From Candidatus Eiseniibacteriota bacterium (GTDB taxonomy: Bacteria; Eisenbacteria; RBG-16-71-46; JAFGJU01), in NCBI GenBank assembly GCA_026388185.1, contig JAPLKG010000003.1:22871-86870 (forward strand): a stretch of 64,000 nucleotides of DNA. Direction: 5' to 3'. Of the stretch, positions 8,085-17,444 are shown one piece after another. A program made the translations under genes and the position numbers. Positions within the stretch are counted from its first letter, which is position 1; each line of letters begins with the position of its first letter. Under the pieces are notes generated by a model, which worked only from the letters and a program-made list of their open reading frames with translations, ran no database searches and was not told the DNA's origin.

Positions 8085-8246
8085 CTAACATCCTCCTAAC
8101 AAAACATCCCAAAACACCCCGAAAAACGAGAAAACACCAGAAAACGTGAGACCGCACAACTCTTTTCTGTTGTTACAGCTACGTCCCTGATGTTCTCTCT
8201 TGTTGTGACATCACAACGTTCTCATAACCCAAAGGTCGCTGGTTCA
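8085..8246 (+). mobile_element. Probable att site / right boundary of a tRNA-Met-targeted genomic island
   Basis: CTAACA direct repeats (8085, 8096), phased AAAAC tracts (8101-8145), inverted repeat GTTGTGA-CA-TCACAAC (8202-8217), then the tRNA fragment. Sequence to the left looks less GC-rich by eye. Confidence 0.6.
8221..8246 (+). pseudogene. Fragment of initiator tRNA-Met (CAT): anticodon loop to T-loop
   Basis: CTCATAACCCAAAGGTCGCTGGTTCA versus the initiator pattern CTCATAACCCGAAGGTCGTCGGTTCA; no acceptor stem or D-arm. Confidence 0.75.
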
Positions 8247-8253
8247 CCTCGCT

Positions 8254-8577
8254 TCACGGCTTTCCTGTAATCTTCTGAAGCGTGGAGTCCCAGAGGTAAC
8301 CGGCGATCAAGGCGTGGCGCCAATCCGCCAACATCTTGCCGCCAACAGCTACAATCACCAGGGCAACGGCCAGCGAGAAGACAGAAAGTTTCGCGTAGGG
8401 CCCAACGTGCGGCCACACTGCTCGCAGCACCTTCGCCATTCTTCGCGTTAGCGGCGGCTTCTTGGGTTGCAGGCTCGAGCCCGGTGTCGTCGGGCCATAG
8501 GTTTTCTTGAATTCTTCGCTGACGGACTTTGCCGGCACAGATGTTTTGACCCCCGCTGCCAGCTGTAGTAAATTCAT
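8254..8577 (-). CDS. Small membrane protein, possibly a 5'-truncated remnant
   Basis: Hydrophobic C-terminal segments (LSVFSLAVALVIVAVGG; ALIAGYLWDSTLQK); its ATG is only 5 bp from the divergent ABC-F ATG. Confidence 0.4.
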   Translation of the reverse strand: MNLLQLAAGVKTSVPAKSVSEEFKKTYGPTTPGSSLQPKKPPLTRRMAKVLRAVWPHVGPYAKLSVFSLAVALVIVAVGGKMLADWRHALIAGYLWDSTLQKITGKP

Positions 8578-8582
8578 GCGTT

Positions 8583-10880
8583 ATGGCACTAGTAACCACG
8601 CATGACCTCGGGAAATCTTTCGGCCTGGTAGATGTTTTCGCCGGTTTGTCTCTGAGTGTCCCTCGCGGGGCGCGCATTGCCGTGGTCGGGCCGAACGGAA
8701 TCGGGAAAACGAGCCTGCTGCGCGTCATCGCAGGGAAGGAACCTCCCTCCGCGGGTACGGTCCACCGCTCTCGGGGCCTCACGATCGGCTACTTGCCACA
8801 GGAATCTGTTTTCGAATCGGCTAACACTCTCTGGGACGAATGCCTGATTCCTCTGGCCCACTTGCTCGCGCAACAGAAGGAGCTGACCCGTCTCGAGGCC
8901 GAGATGGTCGCTGGCGGGAACGATGCCGCTGTCGGGAACGCCGGCGGGGCCGGGGGCATAGCCGAGACTGGGAACGCTGCTGGCGAGACCGCTGGGGCTG
9001 GCGATACTGCCGTAGCTGGAAACACCGGCCGCAGCGTTGAAGACACCCTGGAGCGCTACGGCGCGCTGCAGGCTCGCTTCGAAGAGGCCGGGGGGTACAC
9101 TTACGAGACGCGCATCCGACAGGTGCTCACGGGTCTGGGCTTCTCCCCCGACGAATACGCCCTACCCCTGACGTGCCTTTCGGGCGGACAGCGCACCCGG
9201 GCCCTTCTGGCGCGTTTATTGATAGAGAAGCCGGGTCTATTGATTCTCGACGAGCCGACCAATCATCTCGACGTCTCTGCCGTTGAATGGCTGGAAAGTT
9301 ACATCAGAGACTGGGACGGCGCCGTCCTCATCGTCTCACACGACCGCTATCTCCTCGACAAGGTCTGCAACAACGTCTGGGAAATGAGCAGGGCCGGGGT
9401 CGAGGCCTATCGCGGCAACTATAGCCACTACCTGCGCCAGCGTCAGGAGCGCTGGGATCGGCGTTCGACGGAGTTCGAGGCCGAGAAGGCTCGCCTCGAG
9501 AAAGAAATGGACTACGTCAAGCGGAACATCGCCGCGCAAAACGTAGCTCAAGCCAGGGGGCGTCTCAAACGCATGAGCCGCCAGATTCAGGCCATCGAAC
9601 AGATTGGACTGGACGCCATGCGGGGTAGGAAGTGGCTCAACATAAGTGAGGACGTGCAGACAACTACGGGTGTGATGACTGCGGAGGAGGCAGAACGACG
9701 GATCAAGTCCCTGCGCAATCCAATCCATCGCCCGAAAGAACTCAAGTTCAGACTTGCGGCCGGTCAGCGCGGCGGGAACATCGTACTTCGCACCCGTGAC
9801 CTGGCTGTCGGTTATCCCGGCAATCATCTTTTCACCGTCCCCGACATCGACCTCCAGCGCCTCGGGTGTGTCGCTCTCATCGGTCCCAACGGCTCCGGCA
9901 AGACCACGTTTCTTAAAGTCATCCTCGGCAAGCTTCCCCCTCTCAGCGGTGAGGCGCAAGTCGGGGCCAGTCTTGACGTCGGCTACTTCGCTCAGGCTCA
10001 CGAGGGTCTCAATCTGGACAACACACTTATGCAGGAGATCGAGTCGGTCGCTCCCCGCATGCTGGTTGACGCGATCCGAGGCTACCTTGCCCGCTACCTC
10101 TTCACCGGTGAGGACGTCTTCAAGAAAGTCCAAGTCCTCTCGGGTGGCGAGCGCGGACGCCTGGCGCTCGCGAAGCTTGCCTTGAGCAACGCCAACCTCT
10201 TGCTCCTCGACGAGCCGACCAATCACCTCGACATCCCTTCCCAGGAAGTTCTCCAAAACGTGCTGGTCGACTTCGACGGGACAATCATCCTGGTTTCGCA
10301 CGATCGCTTCCTGATCGACGCTCTGGCGACTCAGGTCTGGGAGATCGATAGAGATCACGCCGTCCTCAAGATTTTCGAGGGAACCTACAGCGAGTATCGC
10401 GCGAGTGGAGGGTCTCCCGGAGTTTCAGGTACGGCGGCGCGCGCGCCGGCAGTGGGCAGTTCTGCGGCGCAAGGCTCGGCGGCGGGTGGTTCTGCGATGC
10501 GCGACTCGATCACGCGCGGTCCTGCCCTCCAAGGTCCGACGTCGCAGGGCCCCGCGGCGCCAAGTTCAGCGGCACCACGCTCGGCGGCGGACGACTCTCA
10601 TTTACAGAAAGGTGACGCTTTCCGCAAGGCTCGCGCTGCCAAGAACCGCGAGATCGCCGAGGAGCGCCGTGCCCTCGCTCGGGAAAGGCGCCGCAAGGCT
10701 CGCATTGCAGAACTCGAAGGCCGCATTGCGATTCTACAAGAAGAAGTTACTCGTCTCGGAGGAAGTCTCGCCGATCCCCCGTCCGACCGGGCCGAGATCC
10801 TACGTTTGGGCGAAGAGTACATGCGCACAGAGAGCGAGATGGAGGCGCTCATCGCCGAGTGGGAGAACTTACAGGGGTGA
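8583..10880 (+). CDS. ABC-F family ATP-binding protein (ribosome-associated, Uup/YheS-like)
   Basis: Two ABC domains (GPNGIGKT, LSGGQ, LDEPTNHLD; GPNGSGKT, LSGGE), no TM segments, C-terminal coiled-coil extension. Confidence 0.93.
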   Translation: MALVTTHDLGKSFGLVDVFAGLSLSVPRGARIAVVGPNGIGKTSLLRVIAGKEPPSAGTVHRSRGLTIGYLPQESVFESANTLWDECLIPLAHLLAQQKELTRLEAEMVAGGNDAAVGNAGGAGGIAETGNAAGETAGAGDTAVAGNTGRSVEDTLERYGALQARFEEAGGYTYETRIRQVLTGLGFSPDEYALPLTCLSGGQRTRALLARLLIEKPGLLILDEPTNHLDVSAVEWLESYIRDWDGAVLIVSHDRYLLDKVCNNVWEMSRAGVEAYRGNYSHYLRQRQERWDRRSTEFEAEKARLEKEMDYVKRNIAAQNVAQARGRLKRMSRQIQAIEQIGLDAMRGRKWLNISEDVQTTTGVMTAEEAERRIKSLRNPIHRPKELKFRLAAGQRGGNIVLRTRDLAVGYPGNHLFTVPDIDLQRLGCVALIGPNGSGKTTFLKVILGKLPPLSGEAQVGASLDVGYFAQAHEGLNLDNTLMQEIESVAPRMLVDAIRGYLARYLFTGEDVFKKVQVLSGGERGRLALAKLALSNANLLLLDEPTNHLDIPSQEVLQNVLVDFDGTIILVSHDRFLIDALATQVWEIDRDHAVLKIFEGTYSEYRASGGSPGVSGTAARAPAVGSSAAQGSAAGGSAMRDSITRGPALQGPTSQGPAAPSSAAPRSAADDSHLQKGDAFRKARAAKNREIAEERRALARERRRKARIAELEGRIAILQEEVTRLGGSLADPPSDRAEILRLGEEYMRTESEMEALIAEWENLQG

Positions 10881-10971
10881 GCAGAAGCAGGGTCTGCGCG
10901 CCTTACGTGAGTCCTTGCGCTCTTCGAGAAATGGTAAGAGTCACAAGAGTGAGCAAGAAAGGGGTTAGACC

Positions 10972-12372
10972 ATGCGTATGCCGAACAAGGTGAAGCTGTC
11001 CTGTGCGGCAACGTGCGTAGCAATGATCGTGCTTTCCCTGGCAGTCACGGTTTTGGCTTCGGAGCAGTCGAAATTCGAGGACGCCAAGGAAAAGGGTACG
11101 ATCGAGGCTTACGAGAAATTTCTGAAAAAGTATCCGCAGGGAGAGCTCGCCGAGCAAGCCGTGGGCGAAATCTACAAGCTGGTCAGTAAGGAAGATTCGA
11201 TCGAGCTCTACAGAGATTTCGTCAACAGGTATCCGACCGATTCCTGGTCCGCACAGGCCAAGAGCCGCATCGAATACCTCCAGTCGGCAGAGAGAGAGTA
11301 CGTCAGCGTAGATACGTCCAGCGTTCCTGACTTGGAAGCTTTTGTGTCCAAGTTTCCAACGGGTCCACTTTCCATGACGGTGAGGGAGAAGGTTGAAAAC
11401 GCCAACATGCGCAGGATACGTGAAGGAGAAAAACGCTTCACTATTCCCGAGATACTGCCAGGAAAGGGCGCGGGAAGTTTCCACTTAGCAATAGCGCCGT
11501 CGGAGAACCACCCCGATGTCTTTCTCTACGAGAGCATGTATCCGGGGGACACAGTACCTTTCAGAGTTAGGATGGGTGGTGAGTATCCCTTGAACGGGGT
11601 TGGGATCGGAACAGGCAGCATATTCGCTACGATCGAGAATCTTGATTTCCTGAGCAGCGGTTCGATTGTGCGTTTTCGAGGAAAGATCACGTACAAGGGA
11701 TGTACGTTTAACGGGGACCAGCAGGATCCTCTGTCGTTCGCCCTCCTGGATGGAAAGGGTCTGGTTTATGTCACAGGGAAAGGAAAGGTCACGTTGAAGG
11801 ACGGGCGCGAAGTGACACTGCCCATGCCTCAAGCTGCAACGAACCGGGCTTTACCGTCGGGCCAGAGCAGTCCGAACGGTCATTCTGCGGCGCCGGGGGA
11901 TCAAGGCAGTTCGAGCAGTCGTTCCACGGCGGCCTCAACTCCGGAATGGGTCAAGACGTTGGACCAAGTCATCTCCGAAAACCAGAACCGACCCGTTCGT
12001 GTGTTCATCGAGACGGACAGAGAGGCGTATTGCGCGGGTGACTCGATTCTTGTCGTCGCCGTGGGGGAGAACACATCCGACGAGGTGGTCAATATAGGCG
12101 ATTACTGGAGTGGCAGGGTGGTCAGCGTTTTTCTGAGAAACCGGGACAAGGCGACAACATATACCGTCGTGGACATCACGTTCGATACTGTGACGCCCTC
12201 GATTGTCCAGCTCGACCCTCACAAGGTCGCCCTACTTGGAAGCGTCTCCTTCAATTCGCGATTGGGGAAAGATGAATCGGAGCTAGTTGGGAACTACATG
12301 CTCTACCTGAGGATGGGCAAACTGATATCGTCCCCGTGGGCAATTCGTCTCGTCAAGAGAGACCAACAATAG
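10972..12372 (+). CDS. Secreted hypothetical protein with three short helical repeats
   Basis: Signal peptide; repeats of ..Y/L..F...YP.G...A; Ser/Pro-rich linker; C-terminal beta domain. Confidence 0.7.
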   Translation: MRMPNKVKLSCAATCVAMIVLSLAVTVLASEQSKFEDAKEKGTIEAYEKFLKKYPQGELAEQAVGEIYKLVSKEDSIELYRDFVNRYPTDSWSAQAKSRIEYLQSAEREYVSVDTSSVPDLEAFVSKFPTGPLSMTVREKVENANMRRIREGEKRFTIPEILPGKGAGSFHLAIAPSENHPDVFLYESMYPGDTVPFRVRMGGEYPLNGVGIGTGSIFATIENLDFLSSGSIVRFRGKITYKGCTFNGDQQDPLSFALLDGKGLVYVTGKGKVTLKDGREVTLPMPQAATNRALPSGQSSPNGHSAAPGDQGSSSSRSTAASTPEWVKTLDQVISENQNRPVRVFIETDREAYCAGDSILVVAVGENTSDEVVNIGDYWSGRVVSVFLRNRDKATTYTVVDITFDTVTPSIVQLDPHKVALLGSVSFNSRLGKDESELVGNYMLYLRMGKLISSPWAIRLVKRDQQ

Positions 12373-12413
12373 AAACGGGGACGCGCCGGATCGGGGCTGA
12401 AAGCGCAGGGACC

Positions 12414-12821
12414 TCAGTTCGAGGTGCCGGTTCTTTGCGGCTCGGTAACCACTTGCTTCTCGCTTTCCTCCAGTATCCGCTTTACTTCCGCGCGAAGGTG
12501 ATTCAGATCCACGGGCTTCTTGATGAAGGCGGCCACGTCCGACGTGCTTAGCACGGCATCGGTCTCCATTTTCTGGTAGGCCGTGCTGATTATTACCGGA
12601 GTGTTCTTGTCCACGTCCTTCATCCGTTGCAGGACCTCGACCCCGTGCATCCCCGGCATCTTGATGTCGAGAATCACCAAATCGGGTTTCTCGGAAATGA
12701 ACTTTTCACAGGCCTGCCTCCCGTCCTGGGCCAGCACAACCTCATAGCCCGCCTCGGTAAGAACTTCTTCGTAGAGAAGGCGTATCCTCGCCTCGTCGTC
12801 CGCCACAAGTACCTTCTTCAT
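12414..12821 (-). CDS. Single-domain response regulator (receiver)
   Basis: VLVADDE, DLVILDIKMP, IKKP; start after AGGAGG. Confidence 0.92.
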   Translation of the reverse strand: MKKVLVADDEARIRLLYEEVLTEAGYEVVLAQDGRQACEKFISEKPDLVILDIKMPGMHGVEVLQRMKDVDKNTPVIISTAYQKMETDAVLSTSDVAAFIKKPVDLNHLRAEVKRILEESEKQVVTEPQRTGTSN

Positions 12822-12835
12822 GCTCGTCCTCCTTA

Positions 12836-14566
12836 TCATGTCGAAGACACGGTTTCCGTTCTAGTTTCGTGTGCGTTGCGAAAGACCGGCACGGCTACTT
12901 TGAACGTGGCTCCGTATCCGGGTTCGCTCTCGACCTCTATGTTTCCACCATGGTCTTCGATTATTCTGTGACAGACCGGAAGACCAAGACCGGTTCCGTC
13001 CTGCTTTGTCGTGATGAACGGGAGAAAGATCTTGTCGATAATCTCGGGCGCTATTCCCGGTCCGGTGTCCCTCACGGTCGCCTCCACCCAGCCGTCGCGC
13101 GTTCCCGTGGCGACGTAAACGTCTCCGCCCTCCGGCATGGCCTGGATGGCGTTGAGAATCAGATTACCGAACACCTGCTCAAGCTGCCCCTTGCTTCCCT
13201 TCACGAGAGAAAGGTTTGGGTCAAGGTCGAGGTCGATCTTGACCGAAGCTTTCTCGGCCTTTTCAGAGAGCGCGGCCACGGACGACGCAATGACCTCGCT
13301 GATGTCGACCGAATCTGTGAGCTTCGGACCCTCCCTCGAAAACACCAACGTGTCGTTTACTATCCTCTCTATCCTTTGCGATTCTTCTATCACCACCTGC
13401 GCAAAGAGCTTCCGCTTGTCGCCCTCTTCGGTCCTTTCAACTATGAGTTGAGCGAAGCCCCAGATGGAGTTCAATGGATTTCTTATTTCGTGAGCCACGG
13501 AAGCCGCCATCTCACCGAGCAGGGCCATGTGTTCGGATCTCTTGAGCTTTCGCTTCATCTCCTTGCGCTCCGTGAGGTCTTTGAATATTGCGATGGCGCC
13601 GCACGGGTTCTGTTCGGAGTCGTGAAGGACGGCGGTCGAAATGCCGATCGGAACAGTTCTTCCCCCGGGTGTCGTCACGGCTATCTCGTCTTGCGCGCAC
13701 ACCCTTCCCTCTTCCGTGACCTTTGTGAGAAGCGAGTTGAACTCCGTAAGCTCCGGCACCTTGCCGAGCGGTTTCCCGACGACGGAATCCTTGGGAAGAC
13801 CCGTCACGCGCGAGGCTTCCGCGTTGAAAGTTGTTACGATTTGGTGAGATCCTATTACGAGAACGCCGGTGTTGAGACTCTCGAGGACGTTTTCATTGTG
13901 CTGATACTGCTCCCAGAGCTCTTCGCGGGTTCTTTCTTCCGTATCTTGCGCTTTCTCCAGTTCCTTCTGGAGAAGAACATTGGAGCGAGCAGTCTCCTCC
14001 TTTTCCTTTTCTCTCAATCTCGCCTGCGACACGAGGAAGCCAGAAAACACGGCCGTCAGCAGGAAGAAGGGGATCTTGAGCAGGAAGTTCGTGGTCAGGA
14101 ATTGATTCGCGTCCATTTGCCAGGAAGATATTCCGCCGTAGAGAAGTATGACCACAAGCGACGACAACACGCTCGTCCTGATGTCGCTGTTCAGGGCGGC
14201 GAGGAAGATCGTAAGGAGATACAAGAAATATAGGTCGCTCGTCAGGTTACCGGAGGCGTAGATGGCGGCCGTGACAAGGGCGATGTCTACGACCAGCATT
14301 GGTCCTTGCACGACGAGCCTGCCAAAGAACCGCAGGGGCACGAAAGAGAGAGCGACGTTAGTAAGCATGAAGAGGCCGGCGAGCAGAAGGCTCTTGGTGA
14401 GTGACACTGTGCCGTTTTCCGCGGAGAACATGAGCGCGATCACAACCAGGATCAGTAGCCAGCGAAAGATGAGGACCACGCGCTTCTGATCCAGATTCAC
14501 TTCCGCTCCGCGTAGGAACGCCCGCACCCTCATTCCGTTGCTCTTGTCGATTCTCTCGTTTGACAT
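12836..14566 (-). CDS. Membrane PAS sensor histidine kinase (NtrB/PilS-like)
   Basis: Multiple N-terminal TM helices, PAS, AHEIRNPL H-box, NAIQA, DTGPG, GTGLGL. Confidence 0.92.
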   Translation of the reverse strand: MSNERIDKSNGMRVRAFLRGAEVNLDQKRVVLIFRWLLILVVIALMFSAENGTVSLTKSLLLAGLFMLTNVALSFVPLRFFGRLVVQGPMLVVDIALVTAAIYASGNLTSDLYFLYLLTIFLAALNSDIRTSVLSSLVVILLYGGISSWQMDANQFLTTNFLLKIPFFLLTAVFSGFLVSQARLREKEKEETARSNVLLQKELEKAQDTEERTREELWEQYQHNENVLESLNTGVLVIGSHQIVTTFNAEASRVTGLPKDSVVGKPLGKVPELTEFNSLLTKVTEEGRVCAQDEIAVTTPGGRTVPIGISTAVLHDSEQNPCGAIAIFKDLTERKEMKRKLKRSEHMALLGEMAASVAHEIRNPLNSIWGFAQLIVERTEEGDKRKLFAQVVIEESQRIERIVNDTLVFSREGPKLTDSVDISEVIASSVAALSEKAEKASVKIDLDLDPNLSLVKGSKGQLEQVFGNLILNAIQAMPEGGDVYVATGTRDGWVEATVRDTGPGIAPEIIDKIFLPFITTKQDGTGLGLPVCHRIIEDHGGNIEVESEPGYGATFKVAVPVFRNAHETRTETVSST

Positions 14567-14891
14567 AACTTGCCCCGGTAACTGTTTCCTCCGTTAAATG
14601 CTCCCTAGTAGTATTATCGGCATCTACGTGTCCGCGATTGCTCAGAAAGTGAATCCGCCGGGCATCGCCATGCAAACAAACAGGTCCAGCCCCGCTCTCT
14701 TTCCGCGCCCACGGAACGCGTGACGATCAAATAGAAAGGCGGGTCACAAAATGCGGCACGAGTAGTGCTCGAACCCAAGTCTAGAAAGCGCCTCATCCCA
14801 AATCTAAGAGGCACCCCATCCCACCGAAAAACGTTCTGCGCACAACGACTCACTCTGGACATGGATCCACGAAATCCTCGCAGAATTCCGC

Positions 14892-14952
14892 TTGACTTCG
14901 GGTACGCAGTGGATTAATATGGACCACTCGGTCGATAATCGACCGAGCGGTC
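14892..14952 (+). promoter_or_regulatory. Promoter plus palindromic TetR-type operator
   Basis: TTGACT-N17-TAATAT followed by GACCACTCGGTCGAT-A-ATCGACCGAGCGGTC (one mismatch). Confidence 0.7.
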
Positions 14953-15090
14953 GAGAACCGGTGGGGAGAGAGCCGACGCACAGGAACGCAGATGGGCTTG
15001 GGCCTAGACCGGCCGCCGATTGCCGGCCAGCGCACGAACCGTCTTATGCTCGGACCGCCACGAATGGTTCAGGGGTTTCGTAACAGGGAC

Positions 15091-15705
15091 ATGAACAACC
15101 TCACCTTACGCGAAAAGGAAAAGCTCAGACGCAGGAAGCAGATACTCGGCGCCGCCAGAAGGGTCTTTGGCAGGAGAGGCTTCCACGAGTCCACCCTCGC
15201 AGAGATCGCAAGGGAAGCCCATCTCGGCAAGGCGACGCTATACTGGTACTTTGCTGACAAGGCCACGCTTCTGAGAGCCGTGTTCGAGGACGCCATTAAC
15301 GAACAGCTTCGTGCCGTTGAGCAAGTCATCCACGACGTGCCCGATTGTCGCTCGCGGCTTGAGGCGATTGCGCTAGGACAATTTGAGCATTTCGTAAAGA
15401 ACCAGTACGTCCTCAGGATCTCCACTTCGGAGACCGGCTTTGCAATGGACCAGATGAAGAGAGAACTCAAGAGTTTTCTCATGAGCAAGTATGGCATTTA
15501 CGTGAGACTGCTTGAGAGTGTCTTTGTTTCCGGCATGAGAAAGAAGGAAATAAGAAATATAGACGCCGAGCAGATGTCTCATCTCTTTATCTCGATGCTG
15601 CATTCTATTGCCTGGACTTGGCACGTGCGCGGAGTGAAACCTCAGCCCGACAAGGACGCCCGCCAGGTATGCGACATGGTCTTCGAGGGGTTGCGAAAGC
15701 GATGA
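15091..15705 (+). CDS. TetR/AcrR family regulator
   Basis: ILGAARRVF...GFHESTLAEIAREAHLGKATLYWYFADK HTH. Confidence 0.92.
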   Translation: MNNLTLREKEKLRRRKQILGAARRVFGRRGFHESTLAEIAREAHLGKATLYWYFADKATLLRAVFEDAINEQLRAVEQVIHDVPDCRSRLEAIALGQFEHFVKNQYVLRISTSETGFAMDQMKRELKSFLMSKYGIYVRLLESVFVSGMRKKEIRNIDAEQMSHLFISMLHSIAWTWHVRGVKPQPDKDARQVCDMVFEGLRKR

Positions 15706-15834
15706 CGGAAATTGTTGAGACTTGCCGGGTACGGCGGAAAGGCGTCACGAGAGAGTCCGACTCGCCAAGCACACGGAGTCGCGATTGTTGAGATCCGCCA
15801 GGCACGAGGGAATCTAACTTTAAGAGGAAACGAG

Positions 15835-17280
15835 ATGTTAAGTAGAGCGTTCGCCACGAGAATCTTGACCCGCGAAATATTCTTGCTCGCTGTCTCGGGC
15901 CTGATATGTGTCGCTTTCTGCCCGGTGGGTCTCGCCGCTGATCGCACAGCCGGTGCCCCGTCTACGACTCAGAACACGGCCACGGAGGGCCAGGGGCTTT
16001 CTGCAATCGCTACCACCACGACGCCGGCAACACAGATCGAAGCGCCCAACAAGCTGAGCCTGGATCAGAGCATTGAGATTGCGCTTCGGAACAACAAACA
16101 GCTTCTCGTCCAGAGGCAAGAAGTCGAACGAATGAAGGGACAGGTTACGCAGGCCCGCGCGACGGCGTTTCCCAGCCTTTCGGGAAACGCGAGCTACGTC
16201 AAGAGCCAAGGCAAGATGAATTATGGAGGAAGTGGCGGCTTCACCTTCAACCTGGATGACTCCTATTACGGAGGAAGCCTCTCTCTCGTCCAGCCGATCT
16301 ACACGGCCGGTCGGGTGGGAGGCGCACTCAGGGCCGCCCACGCCGCGAGGAGCTACGCGCAAGAGAATCTCCTCGCCACTACGAAGGACGTCGTCTACGC
16401 GGTGAAGGCGTCTTTCGGCGCGGTCCTGCTCGCCCAGGAAATGGCGACTCTCGCAAAGGAATCGCTGGAATTGGCCGACGCGCATCTTGCGAACGTCGAT
16501 CAGCTTTTCAAGCAGGGTGTGGCGTCTGAATACGAGCTGATCCGCGCGAAGGTGCAGGTTGCGCAGCTTCTGCCGGATCGCATAAAGGCCGAGAATGAGC
16601 TCGACCGTGCGTTGATTGTCTTTAGAAACACGCTCGGTCTTCCGGCCGACGACAAGGTTGCGCCCGAGGGCGAGCTCGAACGGAAAGACGTCGAGATAAC
16701 GACGGCGGATGCTTTCCGACTTGCAAAGGAGAACAGTCACGAACTTGCTGCCGCGAGGTTGCGCGTGAGTGGGATGAAGGCAGCTCTTGACGTTGCGAAA
16801 TCCGATAGATACCCGAGCCTCTCTTTTGTGGGAGCCGCGCTGATGGAAACCAAAGAGCCTCGGTGGAAATCGGAAGACTGGCGGTCCAGGACGTGGACTG
16901 CGTCTCTGGCGCTGTCAATCCCGATGTTTGATGGGCTGAGGACGAAGGGAAAAATAAGCCAGACGAAGGCCGAGTATGAACAGGCCGGCCTCTACGCCGC
17001 CCAGACTGAGGACGCGGTGAGACTCGAGGTTGAACAGTCCGTTTCCCAACTGGCTCAGGCAAGACAACTGATTCAGTCGCAGGTGGCTTCCATAGAGCAG
17101 GCTCAGAAGGGCCTGGACATCGCGAATATTCGCTACAAGAACGGTGTCGGTACGCAACTTGAAGTGCTCGATGCTCAGGTGGCATTGAGCACGGCCAGGA
17201 CGAATTACTTCACGTCCGTATACGAGTATTTCATGGCCGTGGCCGCGTTGGAGCGCGCAACGAGTGTCACGTTCGAATAA
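15835..17280 (+). CDS. TolC family outer membrane efflux protein
   Basis: Signal peptide, LSLDQSIEIALRNN, two OEP repeats, RYKNGVGTQLEVLDAQ. Confidence 0.9.
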   Translation: MLSRAFATRILTREIFLLAVSGLICVAFCPVGLAADRTAGAPSTTQNTATEGQGLSAIATTTTPATQIEAPNKLSLDQSIEIALRNNKQLLVQRQEVERMKGQVTQARATAFPSLSGNASYVKSQGKMNYGGSGGFTFNLDDSYYGGSLSLVQPIYTAGRVGGALRAAHAARSYAQENLLATTKDVVYAVKASFGAVLLAQEMATLAKESLELADAHLANVDQLFKQGVASEYELIRAKVQVAQLLPDRIKAENELDRALIVFRNTLGLPADDKVAPEGELERKDVEITTADAFRLAKENSHELAAARLRVSGMKAALDVAKSDRYPSLSFVGAALMETKEPRWKSEDWRSRTWTASLALSIPMFDGLRTKGKISQTKAEYEQAGLYAAQTEDAVRLEVEQSVSQLAQARQLIQSQVASIEQAQKGLDIANIRYKNGVGTQLEVLDAQVALSTARTNYFTSVYEYFMAVAALERATSVTFE

Positions 17281-17444
17281 GACAAGGCGCGCCTTTGCGG
17301 ACCCAAGATATCAACCGCGCGGGCCGCGCGCAGACTGTGCGCGGGCGACGCGCGCCGGCACGCTCAAGCATGTCGGTCTCGCGTGCAGCGCGAGTCAGTC
17401 GCAGAGTGTGAGTCAACCAGGTAGTTGAGGGGGAATTCCTGACA

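Noticed and set aside
8190..8270. Intact tRNA gene
   Set aside because: No acceptor stem, D-arm or 3' half of the T-arm
14992..15834. N-terminal extensions in the ORF track (TetR and TolC; also mmsA, ligase, GNAT, GT4)
   Set aside because: Better RBS-linked downstream starts fit the family N-termini
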